Source: Neoechinorhynchus agilis (Eukaryota; Animalia; Acanthocephala). From it: a DNA stretch of 64,000 nt. Shown one piece after another: positions 1 to 13,600 of this stretch. The translations under genes and the position numbers were made by a program. Each line of letters begins with the position of its first letter. Positions within the stretch are counted from its first letter, which is position 1. The notes below the pieces were generated by a model. That model was not told the DNA's origin. It saw nothing but the letters and a program-made list of their open reading frames with translations, and did no database searches. The DNA lies in the NCBI GenBank assembly GCA_051530055.1, contig CM121342.1, positions 4,091,489 through 4,155,488 of the forward strand, given 5' to 3'.

Positions 1-2239
1 TCTAAAGAAATGTTTTTTTTTGATTTGGTTGTTCAAAAAAGAATTAAACGGAAAAACTGGTCATAGTTGAACGCTTACAAGAGGGAAAATATTTTCTAAA
101 ATCATTTTGAGGTTCAAAGAAATCGTTTAAGAAAAAGAACATCGCATCGGTTTTAAAGGATTCCGGAATCAAATTTAAATTTCTCTTAGAACGATTCAAT
201 GGTTTCAAAATAAAAGCAATAGCGAGGATATTTTCTTAAGAAATGTTTTTTTTGATTTGGTTGTTCAAAAAAGAATTAAACGGCAAAACTGGTCATAGTT
301 GAACGCTTACAAGAGGGAAAATATTTTCTAAAATCATTTTGAGGTTCAAAAAAATCGTTTAAGAAAAAGAACATCGCAACGGTTTTAAAGGATTCCGGAA
401 TCAAATTTGAATTTCTCTTAGGACGATTCAATGGTTTCAAAATAAAGCAAAAGCGAGGATATTTTCTTAAGAAATGTTTTTTTATTTGGTTGTTCAAAAA
501 AGAATTAAACGGCGAAACTGGTCATAGTTGAACGCTTACAAGAGGGAAATATTTTCTAAAATCATTTTGAGGTTCAAAGAAATCGTTTAAGAAAAAGAAC
601 ATCGCAACGGTTTTAAAGGATTCCGGAATCAAATTTAAATTTCTCTTAGGACGATTCAATGGTTTCAAAATAAAAGCAATAGCGAGGATATTTTCTTAAG
701 AAATGTTTTTTTTATTTGGTTGTTCAAAAAAGAATTAAACGGCGAAACTGGTCATAGTTGAACGCTTACAAGAGGGAAAATATTTTCTAAAATATTTTGA
801 GGTTCGAAATGTTTAAGAAAAAGAACATCGCAACGGTTTTAAAGATTGGAATCAATTTGAATTTCTAGACGATTCAATGGTTTCAAAATAAAAGCAATAG
901 CGAGGATATTTTCTTAAGAAATGTTTTTTTTGATTTGGTTGTTCAAAAAAGAATTAAACGGCGAAACTGGTCATAGTTGAACGCTTACAAGAGGGAAAAT
1001 ATTTTCTAAAATCATTTTGAGGTTCAAAGAAATCGTTTAAGAAAAAGAACATCGCAACGGTTTTAAAGGATTCCGGAATCAAATTTGAATTTCTCTTAGG
1101 ACGATTCAATGGTTTCAAAATAAAAGCAATAGCGAGGATATTTTCTTAAGAAATGTTTTTTTTATTTGGTTGTTCAAAAAAGAATTAAACGGCAAAACTG
1201 GTCATAGTTGAACGCTTACAAGAGGGAAAATATTTTCTAAAATCATTTTGAGGTTCAAAGAAATCGTTTAAGAAAAAGAACATCGCAACGGTTTTAAAGG
1301 ATTCCGGAATCAAATTTAAATTTCTCTTAGGACGATTCAATGGTTTCAAAATAAAAGCAAAAGCGAGGATATTTTCTTAAGAAATGTTTTTTTTGATTTG
1401 GTTGTTCAAAAAAGAATTAAACGGCGAAACTGGTCATAGTTGAACGCTTACAAGAGGGAAAATATTTTCTAAAATCATTTTGAGGTTCAAAAAAATCGTT
1501 TAAGAAAAAGAACATCGCAACGGTTTTAAAGGATTCCGGAATCAAATTTGAATTTCTCTTAGGACGATTCATGGTTTCAAATAAAAGCAATAGCGAGGAT
1601 ATTTTCTTAAGAAATGTTTTTTTTTGATTTGGTTGTTCAAAAAAGAATTAAACGGCGAAACTGGTCATAGTTGAACGCTTACAAGAGGGAAAATATTTTC
1701 TAAAATCATTTTGAGGTTCAAAAAAATCGTTTAAGAAAAAGAACATCGCAACGGTTTTAAAGGATTCCGGAATCAAATTTAAATTTCTCTTAGGACGATT
1801 CAATGGTTTCAAAATAAAAGCAATAGCGAGGATATTTTCTTAAGAAATGTTTTTTTTTGATTTGGTTGTTCAAAAAAGAATTAAACGGCGAAACTGGTCA
1901 TAGTTGAACGCTTACAAGAGGGAAAATATTTTCTAAAATCATTTTGAGGTTCAAAGAAATCGTTTAAGAAAAAGAACATCGCAACGGTTTTAAAGGATTC
2001 CGGAATCAAATTTAAATTTCTCTTAGGACGATTCAATGGTTTCAAAATAAAAGCAAAAGCGAGGATATTTTCTTAAGAAATGTTTTTTTTTGATTTGGTT
2101 GTTCAAAAAAGAATTAAACGGCAAAACTGGTCATAGTTGAACGCTTACAAGAGGGAAAATATTTTCTAAAATCATTTTGAGGTTCAAAGAAATCGTTTAA
2201 GAAAAAGAACATCGCAACGGTTTTAAAGGATTCCGGAAT
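1..2239. repeat. Tandem satellite, ~232-bp unit, ~9.7 copies (open at window start)
   Basis: Motif aagaaatgttt recurs at 5, 238, 469, 698, 916, 1148, 1379, 1609, 1842 and 2075. Units are nearly identical. ORFs 276-497 and 2114-2431 read through the repeat. Confidence 0.97.
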
Positions 2240-2290
2240 TAGGCTATTTAGTTTGTAGAACAAAAATGGCACTTGAAAGATCCTTCGAGT

Positions 2291-2451
2291 CGTCGATCGT
2301 CCGCATCGACGCGTGCATGTGCGCGTACGTGACGGAAATTTGCTGAAAAACCCTAATTTCGTTTGACGCGCAAAAAACACAAATGAACATGATTGGCTGA
2401 ATTTAAAAAAAGAAGATAGCCTTGTAGCCAATAATGTTTTTTATAGCCAAT
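2291..2451. promoter_or_regulatory. Promoter-like CpG-rich patch with three CCAAT boxes
   Basis: CpG-dense 2291-2335. gattggctg at 2391 and agccaat at 2426 and 2445 match the NF-Y motif. No downstream gene confidently identified. Confidence 0.3.
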
Positions 2452-2797
2452 ATTTGAATCGTTTTTGTGAATTGATGCATTTAATTAAATGATCTCTGAT
2501 GATAAAGTTTTCTTTGACGCTAAATGAATCGAGAGATGAATTGAATCATTTTATTTTTTATAAAAACACATCGACTGATTATTGTTAAATTTTGATTGAT
2601 TATTTTCTGTCCTCTAATGATTATTTTCAATCGGTTTGCTAAGACACTGTTTTGCGCTTCAAATTTGTTAATTTTCCCATAATGAAATTGATTGTAGCCA
2701 ATAAAGATTTATGGACGCTCAAAGAAATACTTTTTCAAATTGAAAACTATTTTATTTTGCTCTTCCACTTTTGCTTTGAAATCAATTTATACAAGCA

Positions 2798-4885
2798 TTC
2801 CGACTCCGTCATCCACCTCTCCGACCCTGGCATCAACTCTAAACTCCGGATCCGTCATCCACTTCTTCGGATCCGTCATCCACTCCAATTCCGGATCCGT
2901 CATCCACCCCTCCGACCCTGGCATCAACTCTAAACTCCGGATCCGTCATCCATTGTATTCCTCCATTCCGACTCCGTCATCCACTCTCCCGAATTTGTCA
3001 TCCACTCCAATTCCGGATCCGTCATCCACCTCTTCGGATCCGTTATCCACCTCTCCAACGTATAGCTCGGATCGTTCCACTCGAATTCCGACTCCGTCAT
3101 CCCTTCAAACACCGGATCCGTCATCCACTCCAGCAAGACGCGTCCTCCATCCACCCCTCCGGATCCGTCCTCCATCCACCCCTCCGACTCCGTCATCCAC
3201 CTCTTCGGATCCGTCATCCACTCCAATTCCGGATCCGTCATCCACCTCTTCGGATCCGTCATCCACTCCGAATTCCGACTCCGTCATCCACCCCTCCGGA
3301 TCCGTCATCCACCTCTCCGAATCCGTCATCCACTCCAATTCCGGATCCGTCATCCACCTCTCCGACTCCGTCATCCACTCCTCCGGATCCGTCATCCACC
3401 TCTCCGACTCTGTCATCAACTCCAAATCCGGATCCGTCATCCACCTCTTCGGATCCGTCATCCACCCCTCCGGATCCGTCCTCATCCACCCCTCCGGTCC
3501 GTCATCCACCTCTCCAACCCCGTCATCCACTCTACGGATCCGTCATCCACTTCTTCGGATCCGTCATCCACTCCGAATTCCGACTCCGTCATCCACCTCT
3601 CCGACCCTGGCATCAACTCTAAACTCCGGATCCGTCATCCACCTCTTCGGATCCGTCATCCACTCCAATTCCGGATCCGTCATCCACCTCTCCGACCCTG
3701 GCATCAACTCTAAACTCCGGATCCGTCATCCACCTCTTCGGATCCGTCATCCACTTCTTCGGATTTGTCATTCACTCCGAATTCCGACTCCGTCATCCAC
3801 CTCTTCGGATCCGTCATCCACTCTAATTCCGGATCCGTCATCCACCTCTTCGGATCCGTCCCCTCCAATTGGTCCGTCATCCTCTGGCATCAACTCTAAA
3901 CTCCGGATCCGTCATCCACCTCTTCGGATCCGTCATCCACTTCTTCGGATTTGTCATTCACTCCGAATTCCGACTCCGTCATCCACTTCAAACTCCGGAT
4001 TTGTCATCCACTCCAATTCCGGATCCGTCATCCACCTCTCCGACCCTGTCATCCACTCTAAACTCCGGATCCGTCATCCACTTCTCCGGATCCGTCATCC
4101 ACTCCAAATTACAGAGACCCGTCCTCCATCCACCCCTCCGGATCCGTCATCCACCTCTCCGACTCTGGCATCCACTCCAATTCCGGATCCGTCATCCACC
4201 TCTCCGACCCTGGCATCAACTCTAAACTCCGGATCCGTCATCCACCTCTTCGGATTTGTCATCCACTCCAATTCGCCGTCTCCATCCATCGGATCCGTCA
4301 TCCATCTCCGACCTGGCATCACTCAATTCCGGATCCTCATCCACCTCTTCGGATCCGTCATCCACTTCTTCGGATTTGTCATTCACTCCGAATTCCGACT
4401 CCGTCATCCACTTCAAACTCCGAATTTGTCATCCACTCCAATTCCGGATCCGTCATCCACCTCTTCGGATCCGTTATCCACCTCTCCAACCCCGTCATCC
4501 ACTCCAGACTCCGGATCCGTCATCCACTCCAATTCCGACTTCGTCATCCACCTCTTCGCTCCGTCATCCACTTCAAACACCGGATCCGTCATCCACTCCA
4601 CATTGCAGAGACGCGTCCTCCATCCACCCCTCCGGATCCGTCCTCCATCCACCCCTCCGACTCCGTCATCCACCTCTCCGGATCCGTCCTCCATCCACCT
4701 CTTCGGATCCGTCATCCACTCCGAATTCCGACTCCGTCATCCACCCCTCCGGATCCGTCGTCCACCTCTCCGACTCCGTCATCCACTCCAATTCCGGATC
4801 CGCCATCCACCTCTCCGACTCCGTCATCCACCCCTCCGGATCCGTCATCCACCTCTCCGACTCCGTCATCCGCTCTAAACCCCGG
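2798..4885. repeat. GC-rich variant-repeat minisatellite (21/24/25-nt units, core ccgtcatccac)
   Basis: Interspersed units such as ggatccgtcatccacctcttc (21 nt), ggatccgtcatccactccaattcc (24 nt) and gaccctggcatcaactctaaactcc (25 nt). The + strand is strongly C-rich. It generates low-complexity ORFs on both strands. Confidence 0.95.
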
Positions 4886-6990
4886 TAATAGTACAAAGAT
4901 TTCGTATCAACACATTTTAATTTGAACGATTTTCAACAAAGGACCATCTTTCAGAGCTTTTTAGATAATTGACTGAAGAATTCCAGCGTGATTGGACCAA
5001 ATATTTCAATAAAAGTCATCTTGGATATATTTTTCCCACGTGTTATTATCATTAAGCATTCGTTATTTACGGAAAATTCTACTTCTAAAAGTCGCTATTT
5101 CGAAACCGCAATTTTGTAAATGAGTGTCTACTTACTAAATGAGCACTTCCACAGCAATGAATTAGTTTAACAGAGAGTAGGCAAGTGCACTTAGAGTTTA
5201 TGAATTTTTGGCATAGCTGATAAATGTTTATAAAAAGACAAGATGACACTAATTGCGAGGTGATTTCGACTTGATGCTTTATAAATTGATAAGGACTTGA
5301 ACGATTGCTCAAGTTATTCATTTTTTGTTTCTAAAAAAACACAGAGTACCTGTGCTTGCGTCTTGGAAGCAATCACAGACGTCTCAAATATGACAATTGC
5401 CATAGCAGATCACTTCAAAAAAAAGAGATAAGATATTTGCCGCAAATCAGTCTTTGCGATTGTCAAAGACGTTCTTGCATTCTAAGCTCTTTTCATCGCC
5501 TAGGAGAATCTTGGCGAACAGTGTATGTTTTCTTAATAATGAAGCACCAGAAAAAAATGTCAATTTGTGTTGTGGCATTTCTGTTATATTCATAGAATGT
5601 CTTTATCAGCTTCGCATCGCTTATAACTCCATACGATGTCTGATCATGTAAGTCAACAAAATTAAAGTTCAACAATAATCTTAATTTTTCGTGTTGTGGC
5701 GATAAAAATTTATTAAATCGATATTTAGGCTCAATATAAAGGTGTCGCCACTACATAACAATCATTAGCAGTTTCATTTTTCAACAATCTTAATCATAAA
5801 TCTAATGCGTCCGATTTCTTACAATCAATACGATTTTATTTTTTTAGCTAATAATTTTTTGACTCATCCGAATGGAAAATGAGTACTTGGGTATTATATC
5901 GACCACATCGAATTTTCTTTTTTACACCAATCTTCCCAGTTCGTCTCGGTGATGGACGGAAGCAAAAAATGTCAGCTGATTTTCTCGACCGAAAGTTTCT
6001 TTTTTTTCTATGAATTATTTTCCGTATTTAAGTCTAAGATTAAATTCACTAAACAATCCATAATAACTTTTCAAAATTGTGAGCCGTTTAAAAAAGTGCT
6101 CAGTTCTAAACCTAATAAACGAAAAAATTTGGAAGTTCACATTAAAAATTTAGCGAATATTCCATAAATCTCTGTGGTAAAATGTAATACGTAATAAGGA
6201 TCTTTACGATAATCGGGAAAAGCCATAGCAATCGTATTCCTTAGTGGATTCCAAAGTTATTTGGAAAAATATCGCCAGTTTAGCCCGACTTTTTATTGTA
6301 TATTTGTATAACAAAAGAGACTCGATCAAGATAATTAAAAGGTCACAATACATTGTAACATTAACCAAATGCAAATTGTCCTTTTCCGGGATTCCCATTC
6401 TTTTATGGTTAAAGATCTCGGATGCATTATTCCACAATACTGCGTTCGTTTTTATCTCTCTCCGTTTTTAGTTACATCCGATTCTTGGAATTGGAACACA
6501 CTGAGATTTCTCCTAACGAAGATTCTAAGTCGTATCCTACACACAAAAAACCCTACTTAAAGTGTAATTCTTTTTTTTATTAGACGAATTTTTCGCAACC
6601 ATATTCGTAAACTTGTAAAAAAACCACGAGCATCGAAAGTTGCGATAAAGAAAAAATGTTCTTTTCGCGATTAATTTGTCCATTATTAAGGTTTTATTTT
6701 TTCGTTTAAGAGCAAACTAATCGGTAAGGATGGTTTTCTTCGATCTAAGAAAAAGACAAACATTAAAGCCAATGTAATACCTCGCCATATTTCATATGCG
6801 ACAAAGTATATAAAAATTTATGGCCATTTCCCGTCTATATTTCTCTATAAAGAAGATATATCGACCATATTATGATGGTTTTAATATCACATTAGAATAA
6901 CGCGACAAACCGATCCACTAGGGCATTGCCATTTGTTATCATTGTGAAGCTTTATTTTCTTTTTTTTTGTGAGTAGGTACCATATTTCAG

Positions 6991-7627
6991 AGAAAATATC
7001 TCTGTCGCTTATAAGAGAAATGTGTAACACACTAAATTATTATTGGCTGCTTTTCTCCTTCCCCAGGGAAAGTAAATGTTTTGCGAAGGTGTAGCCTAGA
7101 ACCACAAATAGCTAAATGCGAATAACAATCCAGTATTTCTTAACGAGCTAAGTTCGCCGCCGGAAGCAAGGGGTCTTGTTACACAATCTCATAAGTTGCT
7201 GACAAAAAAGGATCTTTTTTTGAACAATCATCGAAATCTTCTCTCTTTTTGAATTTCATAAAGAAAACTTGACTGCTAGACGGTTTAAAGCCATTGAACA
7301 TGTGCACTTACGCACAATATCGGTCGTCTCACGAGCAGCAGCAGCAGTGGAACGATCTAATAATGGGTACAAAGTGTTTTATTTGTTCCGCGCTCAGAAT
7401 GGTAAGTGTCGCTTAATTTATGGGCCGTTTGTGTCTCTCAAATATCCATTTATAATTTTTGAATTAGTCATCTTAATTTTTAACGCTTAGTTGCAATGAT
7501 TAAGATGGTCGAAGGAAGTGAAAGCGAAACACGAGCACATTTAAGTCAACTTGGGATTCAAAACACCATCGTAGGGTTTCTTTTACACAGAAAAAAGGTT
7601 AAATTTCAGCTCTTGAGCTGCCTCTAA
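6991..7627 (+). CDS. Putative multi-exon orphan gene, partial (exons 6991-7021, 7067-7088, 7112-7194, 7280-7401, 7491-7570, then either 7610-7627 stop or splicing to 17862)
   Basis: Four consecutive GT-AG junctions keep one open frame: KISLSLIREMESKCFAK/LNANNNPVFLNELSSPPEARGLVTQSHK/RFKAIEHVHLRT...RAQN/VAMIKMVEGSESETRAHLSQLGIQNTI. Strong gtaagt donor at 7402. No family recognised and 5' end unresolved. Confidence 0.5.
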
Positions 7628-7690
7628 ACATGGCACACAATGAAAAGATGTGAAAAGGACTCACTATCCGTCCCCTTTTCTGAGTAGCAC

Positions 7691-10600
7691 AACGGAAAAG
7701 GTCCATTAACTTCTCTTTTCTGATTAGCGAGGTATTCCTAAGATTTTTTCAAAAAAAACGAAGGTAGGGTTTCTTTTACACCGGAAAGGTCCATTTACTT
7801 CTCTTTGCTAATTAAAAAGGTTTTCCTTTTTTTCAAAAAACGAAGGTAGGGTTTCTTTTAAACGGAAAACGTCCATCAACTTTACTTCTCTTTTCTGATT
7901 AGCGAGGTATTTTTCGGATTTTTTTCAAAAAACGAAGGAAAGGTTTCTTTTAAACGGAAAAGGTCTTATTTACTTCTCTTTTCTGATTAGCGAGGTATTT
8001 TTCGGATTTTTTTCAAAAAAAGGAAGGAAGGTTTCTTTTAAACGGAAAACGTCCATTAACTTCTCTTTGCTAATTAAAAAGGTTTTCCTTTTTTTCAAAA
8101 AACGAAGGTAGGGTTTCTTTTAAACGGAAAACGTCCATTAACTTTACTTCTCTTTTCTGATTAGCGAGGTATTTTTCGGATTTTTTTCAAAAAAAGGAAG
8201 GAAGGTTTCTTTTAAACGGAAAACGTCCATTAACTTTACTTCTCTTTTCTGATTAGCGAGGTATTTTTCGGATTTTTTTCAAAAAACGAAGGAAAGGTTT
8301 CTTTTAAACGGAAAACGTCCATTAACTTTACTTCTCTTTTCTGATTAGCGAGGTATTTTCGGATTTTTTCAAAAAACGAAGGAAGGTTTCTTTTAAACGG
8401 AAAACGTCCATAACTTTACTTCTCTTTTCTGATTGATTTTTCGGATTTTTTTCAAAAAACGAAGGAAGGTTTCTTTTAAACGGAAAAGGTCTATAAACTT
8501 TACTTCTCTTTTCTGATTAGCGAGGTATTTTTCGGATTTTTTTCAAAAAAAGGAAGGAAGGTTTTCTTTTAAACGGAAAACGTCCATTAACTTTACTTCT
8601 CTTTTCTGATTAGCGAGGTATTTTTCGGATTTTTTTCAAAAAACGAAGGAAGGTTTTCGGAAAAGTCCATACTTTACTTCTCTTTTCTGATTAGCGAGGT
8701 ATTTTTCGGATTTTTCAAAAAACGAAGGAAGGTTTCTTTTAAACGGAAAACGTCCATAACTTTACTTCTCTTTTCTGATTAGCGAGGTATTTTTCGGATT
8801 TTCCAAGGAAGGTTCTTTTAAACGGAAAACGTCCATTAACTTTACTTCTCTTTTCTGATTAGCGAGGTATTTTTCGGATTTTTTTCAAAAAACGAAGGAA
8901 GGTTTCTTTTAAACGGAAAAGGTCTATAAACTTTACTTCTCTTTTCTGATTAGCGAGGTATTTTTCGGATTTTTTTCAAAAAACGAAGGAAGGTTTCTTT
9001 TAAACGGAAAACGTCCATTAACTTTACTTCTCTTTTCTGATTAGCGAGGTATTTTTCGGATTTTTTAAAAAAAAGGAAAGGTTTCTTTTAAACGGAAAAC
9101 GTCCATTAACTTTACTTCTCTTTTCTGATTAGCGAGGTATTTTTCGGATTTTTTTCAAAAAACGAAGGAAAGGTTTCTTTTAAACGGAAAAGGTCTATAA
9201 ACTTTACTTCTCTTTTCTGATTAGCGAGGTATTTTTCGGATTTTTTTCAAAAAACGAAGGAAGGTTTCTTTTAAACGGAAAACGTCCATAAACTTTACTT
9301 CTCTTTTCTGATTAGCGAGGTATTTTTCGGATTTTTTTCAAAAAACGAAGGAAAGGTTTCTTTTAAACGGAAAAGGTCTATAAACTTTACTTCTCTTTTC
9401 TGATTAGCGAGGTATTTTTCGGATTTTTTTCAAAAAACGGAAGGAAGGTTTCTTTTAAACGGAAAACGTCCATCAACTTTACTTCTCTTTTCTGATTAGC
9501 GAGGTATTTTTCGGATTTTTTTCAAAAAACGAAGGAAAGGTTTCTTTTAAACGGAAAAGGTCCATAAACTTTACTTCTCTTTTCTGATTAGCGAGGTATT
9601 TTTCGGATTTTTTTCAAAAACGAAGGAAAGGTTTCTTTTAAACGGAAAAGGTCTATAAACTTTACTTCTCTTTTCTGATTAGCGAGGTATTTTTCGGATT
9701 TTTTTCAAAAAACGAAGGAAAGGTTTCTTTTAAACGGAAAACGTCCATAAACTTTACTTCTCTTTTCTGATTAGCGAGGTATTTTTCGGATTTTTTTCAA
9801 AAAACGAAGGAAAGGTTTCTTTTAAACGGAAAAGGTCTATAAACTTTACTTCTCTTTTCTGATTAGCGAGGTATTTTTCGGATTTTTTTCAAAAAACGAA
9901 GGAAAGGTTTCTTTTAAACGGAAAACGTCCATAAACTTTACTTCTCTTTTCTGATTAGCGAGGTATTTTTCGGATTTTTTTCAAAAAACGAAGGAAAGGT
10001 TTCTTTTAAACGGAAAAGGTCTATAAACTTTACTTCTCTTTTCTGATTAGCGAGGTAAAAAACGAAGGAAAGGTTTTTCGGATTTTTTCAAAAAACGAAG
10101 GAAAGGTTTCGTTTAAACGGAAAACGTCTATAAACTTTACTTCTCTTTTCTGATTAGCGAGGTATTTTTCGGATTTTTTTCAAAAAACGAAGGAAAGGTT
10201 TCTTTTAAACGGAAAAGGTCTATAAACTTTACTTCTCTTTTCTGATTAGCGAGGTATTTTTCGGATTTTTTTCAAAAAACGAAGGAAAGGTTTCTTTTAA
10301 ACGGAAAAGGTCTATAAACTTTACTTCTCTTTTCTGATTAGCGAGGTATTTTTCGGATTTTTTTCAAAAAACGAAGGAAAGGTTTCTTTTAAACGGAAAA
10401 CGTCCATCAACTTTACTTCTCTTTTCTGATTAGCGAGGTATTTTTCGGATTTTTTTCAAAAAACGAAGGAAAGGTTTCTTTTAAACGGAAAAGGTCTATA
10501 AACTTTACTTCTCTTTTCTGATTAGCGAGGTATTTTTCGGATTTTTTTCAAAAAACGAAGGAAAGGTTTCTTTTAAACGGAAAACGTCCATCAACTTTAC

Positions 10601-13600
10601 TTCTCTTTTCTGATTAGCGAGGTATTTTTCGGATTTTTTTCAAAAAACGAAGGAAAGGTTTCTTTTAAACGGAAAAGGTCTATCTTTATAAATTTTTTTC
10701 AAAAAACGAAGGAAAGGTTTACTTCTCTTTCTTTGATTAGCGAGGTATTTTTCGGATTTTTTTCAAAAAACGAAGGAAAGGTTTCTTTTAAACGGAAAAC
10801 GTCCATAACTTTACTTCTCTTTTCTGATTAGCGAGGTATTTTTCGGATTTTTTCAAAAAACGAAGGAAAGGTTTCTTTTAAACGGAAAAGGTCTATAAAC
10901 TTTACTTCTCTTTTCTGATTAGCGAGGTATTTTTCGGATTTTTTTCAAAAAACGAAGGAAAGGTTTCTTTTAAACGGAAAAGTCTATAAACTTTACTTCT
11001 CTTTTCTGATTAGCGAGGTATTTTTCGGATTTTTTTCAAAAAACGAAGGAAAGGTTTCTTTTAAACGGAAAAGGTCTATAAACTTTACTTCTCTTTTCTG
11101 ATTAGCGAGGTATTTTTCGGATTTTTTTCAAAAAACGAAGGAAAGGTTTCTTTTAAACGGAAAACGTCCATCAACTTTACTTCTCTTTTCTGATTAGCGA
11201 GGTATTTTTCGGATTTTTTTCAAAAAACGAAGGAAAGGTTTCTTTTAAACGGAAAAGGTCTATAAACTTTACTTCTCTTTTCTGATTAGCGAGGTATTTT
11301 TCGGATTTTTTTCCAAAAAACGGATTTTTTTAAACAAAAAAACTTTACTTCTCTTTTCTGATTAGGAAAGGTTTCTTTTAAACGGAAAACGTCCATCAAC
11401 TTTACTTCTCTTTTCTGATTAGCGAGGTATTTTTCGGATTTTTTTCAAAAAACGAAGGAAAGGTTTCTTTTAAACGGAAAAGGTCTATAAACTTTACTTC
11501 TCTTTTCTGATTAGCGAGGTATTTTTCGGATTTTTTTCAAAAAACGAAGGAAAGGTTTCTTTTAAACGGAAAACGGTCTATAAACTTTACTTCTCTTTTC
11601 TGATTAGCGAGGTATTTTTCGGATTTTTTTCAAAAAACGAAGGAAGGTTTCTTTTAAACGGAAAACGTCCATAAACTTTACTTCTCTTTTCTGATTAGCG
11701 AGGTAGGATTTTTTTCAAAAAACGAAGGAAAGGTTTTTTTCGGAAAAACTTTACTTCTCTTTTCTGATTAGGATTTTTCGGATTTTTTTCAAAAAACGAA
11801 GGAAGTTTCTTTTAAACGGAAAACGTCCATAAACTTTACTTCTCTTTTCTGATTAGCGAAACGGAAAAGGTCTATAAACTTTACTTCTCTTTTCTGGATT
11901 TTTTTCAAAAAAAGGAAGGAAGGTTTCTTTTAAACGGAAAACGTCCATCATTAACTTTTCTGATTAGCGAAGGTATTTTTCTTTTTCTCAATTTCTTTTA
12001 AACGGAAAAGGTCTATTTTTTTTCTGATTAGAGGTATTTTTTTTTTTCAAAAAACGAAGGAAAGGTTTCTTTTAAACGGAAAACGTCCATTAACTTTACT
12101 TCTCTTTTCTGATTAGCGAGGTATTTTTCGGATTTTTTTTTCAAAAAACGAAGGAAAGGTTTCTTTTAAACGGAAAAGGTCTATAAACTTTACTTCTCTT
12201 TTCTGATTAGCGAGGTATTTTTCGGATTTTTTTTTTTTCAAAAACGAAGGAAAGGTTTCTTTTAAACGGAAAACGTCCATTAACTTTACTTTCTGATTAG
12301 CGAGGTATTTTTCGGATTTTTTTCAAAAAACGAAGGAAAGGTTTCGTTTAAACGGAAAACGTCCATCAACTTTACTTCTCTTTTCTGATTAGCGAGGTAT
12401 TTTTCGGATTTTTTTAAAGCAAAACAATAAAGCTTTACTTCTCTTTTCTGAAGCGAAATGGTTTTTTAAAAAAAGGAAAAGGTCTATTAAACTTTTTACT
12501 TCTCTTTTCTGATTAGCGAGGTATTTTTCGGATTTTTTTCAAAAAACTAATGGAAGGAAAGGTTTCTTTTAAACGGAAAACGTCCATCAACTTTACTTCT
12601 CTTTTCTGATTAGCGAGGTATTTTTCGGATTTTTTCAAAAAACGAAGGAAAGGCTTTTTTAAACGGAAAACGTCCATTAACTTTACTTCTCTTTTCTGAT
12701 TAGCGAGGTATTTTTCGGATTTTTTTCAAAAAACGAAGGAAAGGTTTCTTTTAAACGGAAAAGGTCCATTAAACTTTACTTCTTTTCTGATTAGCGAGGT
12801 ATTTTTCGGATTTTTTTCAAAAAACGAAGGAGAGGTTTCTTTTAAACGGAAAAGGTCTCAAACTTTAAATTAGCGAGGTATTTTTCTTTTTTTCAAAAAA
12901 CTTTTCTTTTTCCATTAACTTTACTTTCTTTTCTGATTAGCGAGGTATTTTTCGGATTTTTTTTTCAAAAAACGAAGCATTTTTCGGATTTTTTTCAAAA
13001 AAAGGAAGGAAGGTTTTCTTTTAAACGGAAAACGTCCATTAACTTTACTTCTCTTTTCTGATTAGATGAGGTATTTTTCGGATTTTTTTCAAAAAACGAA
13101 GGAAAGGTTTCTATTTTAAACGGAAAAAAACGGTTCATAAACTTACTTCTCTTTTCTGATTAGCGAGGTATTTTTCGGATTTTTTTCAAAAAAACGAAGG
13201 AAAGGTTTCTTTTTAAACGGAAAAGGTCTGATAAACTTTACTTCTCTTTTCTGATTAGCGAGGTATTTTTCGGATTTTTTCAAAAACGACGGAAAGGTTT
13301 CTTTTAAACGAAAACGTCCGTCTAAACACTTCTCATTTTCTGATTGGGCGAGGTATTTTTCGGATTTTTTCAAAAACGAAGGAAAGGTTTCTTTTAAACG
13401 GAAAAGGTCTAAACTTTTAAGCTTTTTCTGATTAGCGAGGTATTTTTCGGATTTTTTTCAAAAAACGAAGGAAAGGTTGGGCTTTTTAAATCGGAAAACG
13501 TCTGATTAACTTTACTTCTCTTTTCTGATTAGCGAGGTATTTTTCGGATTTTTTTTCAAAAACGATGGAAAGGTTTTTAAACCGAAAAGGTCTATCAACT

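Noticed and set aside
2348-2356. AAACCCTAA telo-box or telomere-like motif
   Set aside because: It is a single copy, expected by chance, and that element is characterised in plants.
4900-6560. Short ORFs and an isolated gtaagt at 5648
   Set aside because: No phase-consistent exon chain or recognisable product could be built.
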